64,000 nucleotides of DNA from an uncultured Armatimonadetes bacterium (GCA_963717145.1 OY970325.1:3776001-3840000); one strand, 5' to 3'. Counted from the first letter of the stretch, positions 19,689 through 31,277 are shown. Notes: a model not told the origin generated them from the letters alone. A program made the numbers and translations.

Positions 19689-20351
19689 CTACACTGATCT
19701 GCGCTTGCGAGGTATGAAGCGGGTTGCGAGGCTCACTCCACCGAATCCGAGTACGAGAAAGCCGCTCATCTCCGGTATGACTGTCACGGGATACTGCCGT
19801 CCCGCGGACCGGTCATGCCACGTGCTGCCAAGCTGCTCTTCGAAGTGCTCCTCCCACCGGCGGGTGGCATCGAGCGATCCCGAGCCCGGGATGACCGCGC
19901 CCACGTGTGAGGCAAAGAGCAGCCCCATATCGCTTGGCCCGCTCATGTTGATGTACTCTCCACCGACCTTCGGCTGATACGTGAAGGTCAGGCTCTGACC
20001 CGGGGCGAGCGCATAGGGTGTGTAGTACTTGCCGGGTTTCGACGCCAGCTCCATCTTCTTTCCGTTCCAAGTCCAGCCCTCAGGCGCGCTCCACGAGGCC
20101 GGCTCCTGGATCCGGTACGGCATGATATCCCACACAAGGACATCGAATGCGGGGAACTGATCCGACGCCTGCGAGCTGTTGTTCGTCAGCGTCCACACCT
20201 GCGTGTCGTCCTGAAGCAGCCAACTGACGGACGTCAGTCCGGTATCGATGGCGGAATTCCAGTTCTGCGAGTACGCGGTCCCGGCCAGGATCAGCACCAT
20301 CGCAAAGGCGACGAGTCCGGCGATGACGATTCCCCGAGCGAGTTTCGGCAT
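19689..20351 (-). CDS. PEP-CTERM-like exosortase substrate
   Basis: Signal peptide; C-terminal VIPEMS + TM helix + RKRR basic tail. Confidence 0.75.
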   Translation of the reverse strand: MPKLARGIVIAGLVAFAMVLILAGTAYSQNWNSAIDTGLTSVSWLLQDDTQVWTLTNNSSQASDQFPAFDVLVWDIMPYRIQEPASWSAPEGWTWNGKKMELASKPGKYYTPYALAPGQSLTFTYQPKVGGEYINMSGPSDMGLLFASHVGAVIPGSGSLDATRRWEEHFEEQLGSTWHDRSAGRQYPVTVIPEMSGFLVLGFGGVSLATRFIPRKRRSV

Positions 20352-20367
20352 TCTTTGTCCTCCTGCG

Positions 20368-20401
20368 AAGAAAAAGACCCCGGCCACAGAATGACCGGGG
20401 C
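20368..20401 (-). terminator. Intrinsic terminator in the leader of the PEP-CTERM gene
   Basis: Minus strand CCCCGGTC-ATTCTGT-GGCCGGGG-TCTTTTT, immediately upstream of the AGGAGG RBS. Confidence 0.65.
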
Positions 20402-20520
20402 AAGTCCGGAAAGGAGAAAAGGAGAAAACGCGTTGCTTTCCATCCTATATTATTGGCGATGACGAGTGTCCGCGTTAGAGTATTTCCTTCAAGTCTTGGG
20501 AAAAAGTATGTATACCCCCC

Positions 20521-20549
20521 TTGACTTCAGGACGGTGGCTTGCTATATT
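20521..20549 (+). promoter_or_regulatory. Sigma70-type promoter
   Basis: TTGACT-N17-TATATT. Confidence 0.6.
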
Positions 20550-20621
20550 GCATATAGTTGGTTCTACAGCAAGACGGACGATGTAGGACAACAGGGGTTG
20601 GATGGCCACTCCGAGGTGTAT

Positions 20622-21026
20622 ATGGAGTCTTTCGCGGGCCCGAAAATCGAGATACAGGTACCGCTGAACCCTGCAGAGTGTTCGCGCGTTCGGAGAGTCG
20701 TCTCCTGCCTCGCATCAGCAGCGCTGGATGATCCGGTGGCAGTCGATGACATTGAGCTCGCTGTCGGCGAAGCATTCACCAATGCGGTGAAGTATGGCAG
20801 TCACGGTCGCGCCACGGTCTACGTCGATCTCTCGATGCCCAGCGTCCTGACCCTCGAGATGGTCTACCTCGGCATGGATTTCGACACCACAGTCACCTAT
20901 CCTGAAGACGTCCGGGCGGCGAATGGCGGCTTCGGGCGCTTCATCATGAGCAACCTGCTCGACGATATGGACTACACGTTCGAGGACGGCCGCACCATCC
21001 TCCGCATGAGCCGCTCCCGCCGCTGA
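20622..21026 (+). CDS. RsbW/SpoIIAB-like anti-sigma factor (HATPase_c_2)
   Basis: DIELAVGEAFTNAVKYG and GGFGRFIMSNLLDDMDY. Confidence 0.8.
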   Translation: MESFAGPKIEIQVPLNPAECSRVRRVVSCLASAALDDPVAVDDIELAVGEAFTNAVKYGSHGRATVYVDLSMPSVLTLEMVYLGMDFDTTVTYPEDVRAANGGFGRFIMSNLLDDMDYTFEDGRTILRMSRSRR

Positions 21027-21056
21027 TGTCCCTCCCCCCACTCGTACTCCTGCAGG

Positions 21057-21127
21057 GATGTCATTCTGAGCGTAGCGAAGAATCTCTCTGTAATGCCAAG
21101 ATTCCTCGCTACGCTCAGAATGACATC
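21057..21127. repeat. Short REPIN (GTCATTCTGAGCGTAGCGAAGAA family)
   Basis: GATGTCATTCTGAGCGTAGCGAAGAATCT...AGATTCCTCGCTACGCTCAGAATGACATC. Confidence 0.9.
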
Positions 21128-21156
21128 TCGTGAGCTACCTCCCACGCTCGTCAGCA

Positions 21157-21186
21157 TTGACCCGAGACCCCGATTTCTGCTATAAT
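21157..21186 (+). promoter_or_regulatory. Sigma70-type promoter of gyrB
   Basis: TTGACC-N18-TATAAT with an extended -10 TG. Confidence 0.65.
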
Positions 21187-21218
21187 GAGCGCAATTGAAA
21201 CAGGAGACAAGACCCAAT

Positions 21219-23327
21219 ATGGCAGATGAAGGTCAGGAACTGAATACCGACGGAACGGACGAGGAAGTAAGGTACGATGCCGACCAGTTGACGGTCTTGA
21301 AGGGCCTCGAGGCGGTGCGCCTGCGGCCCGCTATGTACATCGGCACGACAGGTTCCAGAGGTCTCCATCATCTCTTCTACGAAGTTGTTGACAACTCGAT
21401 CGACGAGGTGCTGGCCGGCTATGCCGATGAGATCAACTGCACCCTGCACACAGATAACAGCCTTTCCGTGCGCGATAATGGCCGAGGAATACCGGTCGAT
21501 ATCCACTCCGAGACGGGCGTCTCAGGCGTCGAAGTCGCGATGACGATCCTCCACGCCGGCGGTAAGTTCGGCGGAGGAGGCTATAAGGTTTCCGGCGGCC
21601 TGCATGGAGTCGGCGTCTCGGCTGTGAACGCGCTCTCCGAGTGGTGTCACGTCGAGGTCTGCCGGGACGGATGGTGCTGGGAACAGGACTACAAGCGCGG
21701 AGTCCCCGTAGAGCCACTTGCCAAGACCGATAAGGCCAAGAAAACCGGCACCTACACCCGGTGGCTTGCCGACCACGAGATTTTCGGCGAGATCGAGTAT
21801 CATCTCGAAGTTCTCGTTCAGAGGATTCGCGAGCTTGCCTACCTCAACAAAGAGGTCAAGATCACCTTCACGCACGAGGAGACCGGCGAGACCCAGGAGT
21901 TCCACTACAAGACAGGTATCGCCGCATTCGTCGAGCACCTGAACCGGAACAAGGACCCGCTCCACAAGGTCGTATACTTCTCCCGCCAGCGCGAGGACAA
22001 CGACGTCGAGATCGCACTCCAGTACAATGACGGCTACCAGGAGAACATCCTGACGTTCGCCAACAACATCAACACATCCGAGGGAGGCGTCCACCTCTCC
22101 GGCTTCAAGACCGCGTTGACCAGGGTGATCAACAACTATGCCCGCAAGAACGGCCTTCTCAAGGAGAAGGAGAACAACTTCATGGGCGACGACGTGCGCG
22201 AGGGTCTCGCCGCCGTCATCTCCGTGAAGCTGCTCAATCCGCAGTTCGAGGGCCAGACGAAGACCAAGCTCGGCAACAGCGAACTGGAAGGCATCGTGAA
22301 CTCGATCGTCGGCGAAGGACTCGGGGAGTTCCTCGAGGAGAACCCGGCGATCGGCAAGAAGATCATCGACAAGGCGCTGACCGCATGCCGCGCGCGCGAG
22401 GCTGCTCGAAAGGCCTCAGACCTCGTCAAGAGGCAGAGCGCCCTGGAGAACTCCTCGCTGCCCGGCAAGCTGGCCGACTGCTCCGAGCGCGATGCGTCGA
22501 AGTGCGAGATCTACCTCGTGGAGGGCGACTCCGCGGGCGGTTCGGCGAAACAGGGCCGCGACCGTCGTTACCAGGCCATACTCCCGCTCAGGGGCAAGAT
22601 TCTGAACGTCGAGAAGGCGCGGCTCGACAAGGCGCTCGAAAACGAGGAGATCAGGTCGCTCATCACCGCTCTGGGCACGGGGATCTCGAAGGGCTCCGTC
22701 CCTGAGTCCGAGGATGAAGATCCGATGGCGTTCGATGCCGATGCTGACGGCGAGTCGGTATCCGAATCCGAGTCCGATGGCGAGGCCGAGGTCGAGATTG
22801 AAGCCGTCGGCAACGGTAACGGCAAGAACGGCAACAGCAAGGACAACGGCTTCAAGTTCGATATGAGCAAGCTCAGATACGACCGGGTCATAATCATGAC
22901 CGATGCCGACGTGGACGGCGATCACATCTGCACGCTGCTGCTCACCTTCTTCTTCCGCTACATGCGCCCGCTCGTCGAGGAGGGCCACATATACATCGCG
23001 AGGCCGCCTCTTTATCGAGTCACCTCCGGCAAGGACCAGCAGTTCTACGCCCGCAACGACAAAGAGCTGGACGAGGTGATGAAGAACATCAAGTCCAAGA
23101 AGGACATCAAGGTCCAGCGGTTCAAAGGTCTTGGCGAGATGAACGCCGACCAGCTCTTCGACACGACGATGAACCCGGAGAACCGAACGATGGCCCAGGT
23201 GACGATGGAGGATGCGCTTCTAGCCGACGAGGTCTTCACGTGCCTCATGGGCGACAAGGTCGAGCCGCGCAGGGAGTTCATCGAGATGCACGCGAAGGAA
23301 GTCACCGACGTGGACTGGCATTACTAG
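21219..23327 (+). CDS. gyrB: DNA gyrase subunit B
   Basis: RPAMYIG, EVVDNSIDE, GGLHGVG, PGKLADC, EGDSAGG, PLRGKILN, MTDADVDG and RFKGLGEM. Confidence 0.95.
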   Translation: MADEGQELNTDGTDEEVRYDADQLTVLKGLEAVRLRPAMYIGTTGSRGLHHLFYEVVDNSIDEVLAGYADEINCTLHTDNSLSVRDNGRGIPVDIHSETGVSGVEVAMTILHAGGKFGGGGYKVSGGLHGVGVSAVNALSEWCHVEVCRDGWCWEQDYKRGVPVEPLAKTDKAKKTGTYTRWLADHEIFGEIEYHLEVLVQRIRELAYLNKEVKITFTHEETGETQEFHYKTGIAAFVEHLNRNKDPLHKVVYFSRQREDNDVEIALQYNDGYQENILTFANNINTSEGGVHLSGFKTALTRVINNYARKNGLLKEKENNFMGDDVREGLAAVISVKLLNPQFEGQTKTKLGNSELEGIVNSIVGEGLGEFLEENPAIGKKIIDKALTACRAREAARKASDLVKRQSALENSSLPGKLADCSERDASKCEIYLVEGDSAGGSAKQGRDRRYQAILPLRGKILNVEKARLDKALENEEIRSLITALGTGISKGSVPESEDEDPMAFDADADGESVSESESDGEAEVEIEAVGNGNGKNGNSKDNGFKFDMSKLRYDRVIIMTDADVDGDHICTLLLTFFFRYMRPLVEEGHIYIARPPLYRVTSGKDQQFYARNDKELDEVMKNIKSKKDIKVQRFKGLGEMNADQLFDTTMNPENRTMAQVTMEDALLADEVFTCLMGDKVEPRREFIEMHAKEVTDVDWHY

Positions 23328-23328
23328 G

Positions 23329-23485
23329 AACCGCCAAGACGCCAAGGTCGCCAGGGACCGGGCTCGCAGTCTGGACACAATAGACGCCAAGAGGGAGCAG
23401 GACGGATTCCTGCTCCCTCTTCTCGTGCTCGGGCTATCCACAGCCTGCCCTGAATGACTTGGAGTTCTTGGCGTCTTGGCGGTTC
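23329..23485. repeat. Inverted AACCGCCAAGACGCCAAG 9-mer-type repeat
   Basis: AACCGCCAAGACGCCAAG...CTTGGCGTCTTGGCGGTT. Also at 40329, 49309-49354, 49810-49835 and 61766-61782. Confidence 0.8.
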
Positions 23486-24950
23486 ACTCCGCCGCGATGA
23501 CCTCCGCCTTGAGGGCGCCCATCGTTTTCACCATGTCGAACATCGAGGTCGCCTCGCCTTCCGCGAGCTTGATGTGCGTCGCATCGACGAAATCGGTCGT
23601 GAGCGTCGGGTCGAACGGTACCCACTCGCCGACGAAGCTCTCCGCCCACGCGTGGTAGTAGAACCGCCCCTCGAAATACACCAGCCCCGAGACCATTTTC
23701 GTCGGGATGCCGGCCGCACGGGCGAGCGCCGCATAGAGCACCGCATAGTCCCTGCAAACGCCCGTCTTGCCGTGGAACACATCGACCGCCGACCGCATGA
23801 TCCCGATGTCGGCCTTCGACCTCATGTTCGCGTTCACCCACGCGCGAACCATCCCGGCGGCGAGATACGAGTTCGCCTCATCGCCGACAATCTTCTTCGC
23901 CTGCGCCCTGATCTCCGCATGGGTTGCCTGGACGTATGGGGTGTCCTTGAGTAACGCCGCGAACTCCTTGTCCTTGATCGGCAGTTCGATCGCTTTGTCC
24001 AGGTTGAACTCCGTGGCCGTGATCGTATACTCCCCGACCGGCGGCTCGCCAGGGATGTACTTCGTCTGCTGCCGTTTGTCGGATATCGCCAGCTTTTCGT
24101 CGAGCAGCCCGACGAGCCGAATCTTCAGCGATTTGACGTACCTCGGCGCGAGGATCTCCTTGTCCGCCGGCGCGGAGGTCGCAACCGCCAGGTCCTCCGG
24201 TGGGAGATACGTGTTCTCGAACTTGAGGGCCTTCTCTTTCGGCTCTTTGACCATATTGAGGCCGAGGATCGCCGATATCTTGAGCATATTGCCCTTTTCG
24301 TCGAGCCAGCATTTCATCTCGCCCAAAGGGGTCATGTTCCGGACCATGAGCGTCTTGTACTGGACGCCCTCGATCTCGGTCGTGTCCGTCCCGACGACCT
24401 CTGCATGGACATCGTCGAGCGTCAGGCCGGCGGGGTTGAAGTACTTGTAGTCATACACGTCCCCGACCTTGAGCTGCTTGCTTGCCGGGAAAAACATCAG
24501 ATCGCCAACGAGGTTCGTGCCCGCGGGGATCGGGATCGTCTGCGTCTCCTTCGTGTCGTCGGAGAGGATGACCGCGGTGATCTTGTCCGGCTCGAATGCG
24601 GCCTCGATCTTCGTGACCGATCCGCCGGAGCGCATCTCGAAGACCTCGGATATCGGCTGATACTTATCAGTGAGATGAATCGTGGTCATCAGTTCCTGCT
24701 CGACGAGCATGCCGAGCGCGAGGATGCGTGTGAAAACCTTGCTGTCACACTTGAAACCGGGCTTGCCCCGGTACGTCTCCTTGTCCATGCGCAAGCGCGC
24801 GTATCCGATCTTGGACTGGCCCCGATATATGCCCATCCAGCTCTCACTGGGGACATCCTGCGCCAAGGCTGGGATGTAGCCGAGGAATGTGGTGAGTCCC
24901 ATGATGATTATGATTGCGAATGCTCGAATCGTCCGGGTGCATGCGGACAT
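23484..24950 (-). CDS. Transglutaminase-like domain protein (secreted)
   Basis: GVCRDYA, ARAAGIP, HAWAE and FDPT carry the Cys-His-Asp triad motifs; N-terminal signal peptide. Confidence 0.85.
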   Translation of the reverse strand: MSACTRTIRAFAIIIIMGLTTFLGYIPALAQDVPSESWMGIYRGQSKIGYARLRMDKETYRGKPGFKCDSKVFTRILALGMLVEQELMTTIHLTDKYQPISEVFEMRSGGSVTKIEAAFEPDKITAVILSDDTKETQTIPIPAGTNLVGDLMFFPASKQLKVGDVYDYKYFNPAGLTLDDVHAEVVGTDTTEIEGVQYKTLMVRNMTPLGEMKCWLDEKGNMLKISAILGLNMVKEPKEKALKFENTYLPPEDLAVATSAPADKEILAPRYVKSLKIRLVGLLDEKLAISDKRQQTKYIPGEPPVGEYTITATEFNLDKAIELPIKDKEFAALLKDTPYVQATHAEIRAQAKKIVGDEANSYLAAGMVRAWVNANMRSKADIGIMRSAVDVFHGKTGVCRDYAVLYAALARAAGIPTKMVSGLVYFEGRFYYHAWAESFVGEWVPFDPTLTTDFVDATHIKLAEGEATSMFDMVKTMGALKAEVIAAE

Positions 24951-25205
24951 TCTGCACCTCCAATGGTAGTATTCTGCCACCATATAAACACAAAAGGGCG
25001 TCCAGTGCAAGGGGAACTCATGCAGGGGGTGCATTTTCGCAGAGTGGGTTAGCCTCTCGTTATGCCACCAGAGTGGCTACTCGAGGAGATCGGTTGGGTG
25101 GTCTGCCAGGGTTTCGAAGCCCCAACCGTCTAGTCTCGAGTAGGTTTCTCTGGAAACCATAACGAGAGACGGTCGCCACCAACGGAACGGGACGGCGACC
25201 GTTCC

Positions 25206-25606
25206 CTACCCACCCTGGGCGACGTGCAGGCGGTTGAGCGCGCGCTTGAGGGCTATTTCCGCGCGGACGAGGTCCATGTTCGCATCGGCAGCCGCGAGTC
25301 GCTCACGCGCACGAGCGAGGGCCTGCTCCGCGCGAGCGACGTCGATCTCCTCGGCTCTCTCAGCGGCATCGGCCAGGATGCGCACCGTGTTGTCCGCGAC
25401 CTCCATGAACCCGCCGGAAACCGCATAGCGCTCCTCATGGCCGTCCGGGTCACGCATCTTCAGCTCGCCGACGGTGAGTTCGGCCATCAGCGGGGCGTGG
25501 TTCGCCAGGATGCCGAGCGAGCCCTCCGATCCGGGCACGACCACGGAAACGGCGTCCTGCGACAGGACGATCCTCTCCGGCGTCACGATTTCCAATCTGA
25601 ATGCAT

Positions 25607-25613
<7 letters not shown>
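25206..25613 (-). CDS. atpC: ATP synthase F1 epsilon
   Basis: LEIVTPER, GILANHAP, VSGGF; operon position. Confidence 0.95.
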
Positions 25614-27143
<1,530 letters not shown>

Positions 27144-27158
27144 GGATCTCCTCACATT

Positions 27159-28034
27159 CTACTTCAGCGCTTCTGCACCGCTGACTATCTCGATCAGTTC
27201 CCTGGTGATCGCGGCCTGGCGCGCGCGGTTGAAATCGAGCGTCAGCCGTTGGATCATGTCGCCTGCGTTCTCGGTCGCGGTGCTCATGGACGTCATCCGA
27301 GCGCCGTGTTCGCTCGCGAGCGACTCCATCATGGCGCGGTACACCTGGACGTCCACGTATCTCGGCAGCAGCCTCCCGAGCAAGACCGCCGGCTCCGGCT
27401 CGAAGATGTAATCCACCGCCGCAGCCGCCCCGATTGCTGAGGCGGATTTGTCCGGTGGAGTCACCGGGAGAAGCTGCTGGTCGGTCACCCGCTGACTAAT
27501 CGCGCTCAGAAACCTCGTGTAGACCACATGCACCAAGTCAACGTCGCGACTCTCGAACATATCCCTGATCGCGCGGCTGATCACCCTCGCCTCCGCGATC
27601 GTCACCTCCGACGACGGCATCGAGTAGTCGGCGGCGATGGTGTACCCCTGTTTGCCGAAGAACGCCCTACCCTTCTTGCCGACTGTGACAAGCTTGACAT
27701 GCTCTTTGTCATAGTGCGCCGCGATGTCCATCGTCCGCCGGATGATGTTCGTGTTGTAGCTCCCGGCCATTCCGCGATCCGAGGTAATGACCATGATGCC
27801 GACATTGACCGGTTCGCGTACCTCGAGGAGCGGATGGCTGAATTCCCCGCCTTGATCGGCCTGAGCCAGATGACTCATGACGGCGACCATCTCCTCGGCG
27901 TAGGGCCTCGCGGCCTTCGTGCGGGATTCCGCCTTCTGGAGGCGGGCCGCGGCGACCATTTTCAGCGCCTTCGTTATCTCTTGTATGTTCCGAACGGTCT
28001 TTATCCGCCGCCGGACATCGCGAATTGTTGCCAT
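27159..28034 (-). CDS. atpG: ATP synthase F1 gamma
   Basis: ITKALKMVAA, SDRGMAG and NRARQAAITREL. Confidence 0.96.
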   Translation of the reverse strand: MATIRDVRRRIKTVRNIQEITKALKMVAAARLQKAESRTKAARPYAEEMVAVMSHLAQADQGGEFSHPLLEVREPVNVGIMVITSDRGMAGSYNTNIIRRTMDIAAHYDKEHVKLVTVGKKGRAFFGKQGYTIAADYSMPSSEVTIAEARVISRAIRDMFESRDVDLVHVVYTRFLSAISQRVTDQQLLPVTPPDKSASAIGAAAAVDYIFEPEPAVLLGRLLPRYVDVQVYRAMMESLASEHGARMTSMSTATENAGDMIQRLTLDFNRARQAAITRELIEIVSGAEALK

Positions 28035-28073
28035 GGAAACCTCGGTACAGGATGCCGGATCGCCTCTCGCGGG

Positions 28074-28131
28074 ATCCCCTGACGACTCCCGTCGTCGGGG
28101 CCGGCCCCGACGACGGGAGTCGTCAGGGGAT
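28074..28131. repeat. Perfect 58-bp palindrome between atpA and atpG
   Basis: ATCCCCTGACGACTCCCGTCGTCGGGGCC abutting its exact reverse complement. Confidence 0.9.
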
Positions 28132-28139
28132 AGCTCCTA

Positions 28140-29666
28140 TCAGGCCTTCTGCGCTGCTACAAACTTCGCCTTGAACTCGTCGATCGCTTTCTTGAGCTTG
28201 TTTTCCGTCTCTTCGCTGAGAATCTTGCTCTTCTTGATGTCGAGCCCGACATCGGCATAACTGCCGTTCATAAAGACCAGGAACTCGCGCTCGAACTGCC
28301 GGACCTGGTTCATCGGAAGATCGTCCAGGTAGCCCGAGTTGCCGACGTACAGGGCCATTACCTGCTGCTCGACCGGCATCGGCTCGAACTGCGGCTGTTT
28401 CAAGGCCTCCGTGAGCCGCGATCCCCTCGTCAACTGCGCCTGTGTCGCCTTGTCGAGGTCGGTCGCGAACTGTGCGAACGCCAGGACCTCTCGATATCGC
28501 GCGAGGTCGATCCTCAATCGGCCGGCGACCTGCTTCATCGCCTTGATCTGCGCGTTGCCCCCTACCCTCGACACCGACACACCGACGTTGATCGCAGGCC
28601 GAACGCCCGCGTAGAAGAGGTCGGTCTCGAGGAAGATCTGCCCGTCCGTAATCGAGATGACGTTGGTCGGGATGTACGCCGAGATGTCGCCCGCCTGGGT
28701 CTCGATGACCGGGATCGCGGTGAGAGATCCACCGCCGAGATCGTCGTTCAACTTCGCCGCGCGCTCGAGGAGTCTAGCATGCAGGTAGAACACGTCGCCG
28801 GGATATGCCTCACGGCCCGGCGGACGCCTCAGGAGCAGTGAAATCTCGCGGTACGCCTGCGCGTGCTTCGACAGATCATCATAGAAAACGACCGCGTGCT
28901 TGCCGTTGTCCCGCGATTCCTCGCCTATCGCGCAACCCGCGTATGGAGCGAGGTACTGCAGGGATGCGGGTTCGCTCGCGGTGGAACTGACAATGGTCGT
29001 GTACGCCATCGCGCCATGTTCCTCGAGCGTCTTGACGACCTGCGCGACGGTGGAGAGCTTCTGCCCGATCGCCACGTAGATGCAGTGGACATCTGAGTCC
29101 TTCTGGTTGATGATCGTGTCCAGGATGATGGCGGTCTTGCCGGTCTGCCGGTCGCCGATGATCAGCTCTCTCTGTCCGCGCCCGATCGGGATCATGCTGT
29201 CGATGGCCTTCAGTCCGGTCTGGAGCGGCTCCTTCACCGGCTGGCGCTCGACGACGCCGGGCGCCTTGACCTCGATGTTCCGGAGTTTGTCCGAAACGAT
29301 CGGACCTTTGCCGTCGAGCGGCTGGCCGAGCGCATTCACGACGCGCCCGACGAGCGCATCGCCGACGGGAACAGAGACGATCCGACCGGTCCGCTTGGCG
29401 GTGTCGCCTTCCTTGATCTCGATATCCGAGCCGAGAACGATGCACCCGACGTTGTCCTCCTCGAGGTTGAAAACGAGCCCGAAGACGCCGCCGTCGAACT
29501 CGATCAGCTCGCCGGCCATGGCGTCCCTGAGGCCGTATAGTCTTGCGATCCCGTCGCCGACCTGCAGTACGGTCCCGACGCCGACCTCCTGGAGTTCCTT
29601 CTCGAAGGACTGAAGCTCCCTCTCCAGGATCGACGTGACTTCTTCGGGTCTTATGTTAGTTGACAT
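28140..29666 (-). CDS. atpA: ATP synthase F1 alpha
   Basis: [23 protein letters not shown] and [13 protein letters not shown]. Confidence 0.97.
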   Translation of the reverse strand: MSTNIRPEEVTSILERELQSFEKELQEVGVGTVLQVGDGIARLYGLRDAMAGELIEFDGGVFGLVFNLEEDNVGCIVLGSDIEIKEGDTAKRTGRIVSVPVGDALVGRVVNALGQPLDGKGPIVSDKLRNIEVKAPGVVERQPVKEPLQTGLKAIDSMIPIGRGQRELIIGDRQTGKTAIILDTIINQKDSDVHCIYVAIGQKLSTVAQVVKTLEEHGAMAYTTIVSSTASEPASLQYLAPYAGCAIGEESRDNGKHAVVFYDDLSKHAQAYREISLLLRRPPGREAYPGDVFYLHARLLERAAKLNDDLGGGSLTAIPVIETQAGDISAYIPTNVISITDGQIFLETDLFYAGVRPAINVGVSVSRVGGNAQIKAMKQVAGRLRIDLARYREVLAFAQFATDLDKATQAQLTRGSRLTEALKQPQFEPMPVEQQVMALYVGNSGYLDDLPMNQVRQFEREFLVFMNGSYADVGLDIKKSKILSEETENKLKKAIDEFKAKFVAAQKA

Positions 29667-29690
29667 CGTCTCTCACTCCCGCCAAAATGT

Positions 29691-29755
29691 GTAGTGGCCG
29701 TGCCTCAGTGCCGGCCAGCAACGTCGTATGGCCGGCACTGAGGCACGGCCACTAC
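29691..29755. repeat. GTAG REPIN (RAYT family) between atpH and atpA
   Basis: GTAGTGGCCGTGCCTCAGTGCCGGCCA...TGGCCGGCACTGAGGCACGGCCACTAC. Confidence 0.9.
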
Positions 29756-29764
29756 GCGACAAGT

Positions 29765-30310
29765 CTAGCCCAGCATCTGTTCCCTCAGCGATGCGAGATA
29801 TCCCCGCACGCTGCCGTCTATCACCCTGTCGCCGATCCGGATCGTCAGGCCGCCGATCAGATCGCGGTCCTCCTGCAGTTCGAGATCGGTGTTCTTGCCG
29901 GTAAAACTGTCGAGCTTCTTCTTCAGCGCCCTGACCGAGTCCTCGTCGAGCGGAACGGCACTTGTGACGATGACCGGAACGACGCCCCGCCACTCGTTCG
30001 CCAGGCGGACGTACTCCGGCTCGATCTCGGGCAGTATCGCCTCGCGCCGCTTGTCTATGACAAGCTCGACAAAGCGCAATGTCACGGCATGCACCTTGGC
30101 CCTGAAGATCTCGGATACGATCGTCTTCTTGCGTTCCCTCGGGATGAGCGGATGGTTCAACGCCTCGACGAGCTTCGGCATCGTCTCCAGCGAGTAGTTG
30201 ATCAGGCCGAGATCGCTCTCCACCATGTCTATGACGTCTTTGACGTCCAACTGCCTCGCCGTCTCGAAAAGTGCGCCGGCATATCGTCGCGCGAGGGTCG
30301 TCATCCTCAT
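29765..30310 (-). CDS. atpH: ATP synthase F1 delta
   Basis: LARRYAGALF, TSAVPL and LIGG...IGDRVIDGSVRG. Confidence 0.93.
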   Translation of the reverse strand: MRMTTLARRYAGALFETARQLDVKDVIDMVESDLGLINYSLETMPKLVEALNHPLIPRERKKTIVSEIFRAKVHAVTLRFVELVIDKRREAILPEIEPEYVRLANEWRGVVPVIVTSAVPLDEDSVRALKKKLDSFTGKNTDLELQEDRDLIGGLTIRIGDRVIDGSVRGYLASLREQMLG

Positions 30311-30816
30311 GGTTTCGCGCTCCCGATCTGGTCGATGAAATCGTTGACGAGCTTCCGCTGTCTGGCCTCATCGAGCGACTCGCCGATGATCTTCGAGGCC
30401 GCCGCGATCGACAGATCGACGGTCTGCCCCCTGATCTCAGCCAGGATCTTCTCGCGCTCGCGGGCCAGGTCTTCCTCCCCGCGCTTCAGCATCCCGTCCA
30501 CGCGAGTCTTCGCCTCGGCCAGCATGTCGTCTTTGGCGACCTGGGCCTCCTTGATCGCTGCCTGAATCCTCGTCCGCGCCTCGGCCTCGATCCCGGCAAG
30601 CCGCGCGTCGAGGTCCACCTTCAACTGCTCGGCCGCGGCCAGCTGGGCATCGGCCTGGTCGTACGTCCCCTTGATCTCGTTCGCGCGCGACTGCACGAGA
30701 CCCATCACGGGCCCGAACAGGAACTTCTTCAGCAGCATCCACAGCAGCACGAAGCCGATGATCTGCGACGCGATTATCTTGGGGTCAATCCCCAGCTCAT
30801 GAAACAGCTCCGCCAT
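30307..30816 (-). CDS. atpF: ATP synthase Fo subunit b
   Basis: LGIDPKIIASQIIGFVLL...LKKFLFGP followed by a coiled coil. Confidence 0.92.
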   Translation of the reverse strand: MAELFHELGIDPKIIASQIIGFVLLWMLLKKFLFGPVMGLVQSRANEIKGTYDQADAQLAAAEQLKVDLDARLAGIEAEARTRIQAAIKEAQVAKDDMLAEAKTRVDGMLKRGEEDLAREREKILAEIRGQTVDLSIAAASKIIGESLDEARQRKLVNDFIDQIGSAKP

Positions 30817-30833
30817 AAACTCGTCCTCCACCC

Positions 30834-30934
30834 GTAGGGGTGGCCTTGAGCGGCCTCCCATTGTCGCCAACTGGAGACGCAATAACACTACTGCGCGTCC
30901 TGCGACCATCGCGGGCGTCAACGCCCGCCCCTAC
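30834..30934. repeat. Second GTAG-type REPIN (GTAGGGG...CCCCTAC)
   Basis: GTAGGGGTGGCCTTGAGCGGCCTCCC...GGGCGTCAACGCCCGCCCCTAC between atpE and atpF. Confidence 0.6.
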
Positions 30935-30938
30935 GGTA

Positions 30939-31211
30939 CTAGCCTGCTCCGCCGAGCGTGCGTATGATTGCTTCCGTCTCAGGCAGCTTGCCCTGAAGCA
31001 GGAAGAACATCAGAAGCGCGTAGATGACCAGCGATTCAATGAACGCGAGCGCGATGATCATCGCGGTCTGAATCTTCCCGGCTGCTTCCGGCTGCCTCGC
31101 GATGCCCTCCATCGCCGAAGCGGCGGTCTTCCCCTGCCCTATTGCGGCGGACAGGACTGCGATCGGCACACCAAGGCCGACTGCCAATGCCAATGCCATC
31201 AGGTATAGCAC
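30939..31211 (-). CDS. atpE: ATP synthase Fo subunit c
   Basis: IARQPEA loop and AFIESLVIY carboxylate. Confidence 0.95.
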   Translation of the reverse strand: MLYLMALALAVGLGVPIAVLSAAIGQGKTAASAMEGIARQPEAAGKIQTAMIIALAFIESLVIYALLMFFLLQGKLPETEAIIRTLGGAG

Positions 31212-31251
31212 AGTGTGTTTCCTCCCTTTCTGATCTTACTCGTAATCGAAA

Positions 31252-31277
31252 GGCCGGCACCAGAGCGCGGCCACTAC
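31252..31277 (-). repeat. Single degenerate GTAG REP
   Basis: GGCCGGCACCAGAGCGCGGCCACTAC. Confidence 0.7.

Noticed and set aside
22686-22856. Intein or DNA repeat in gyrB
   Set aside because: Too short, no splicing residues and no palindrome; it is a low-complexity acidic loop.
23434-23442. DnaA box / oriC
   Set aside because: A single 8/9 match (CTATCCACA) inside a repeat element, with no box cluster or AT-rich unwinding region.
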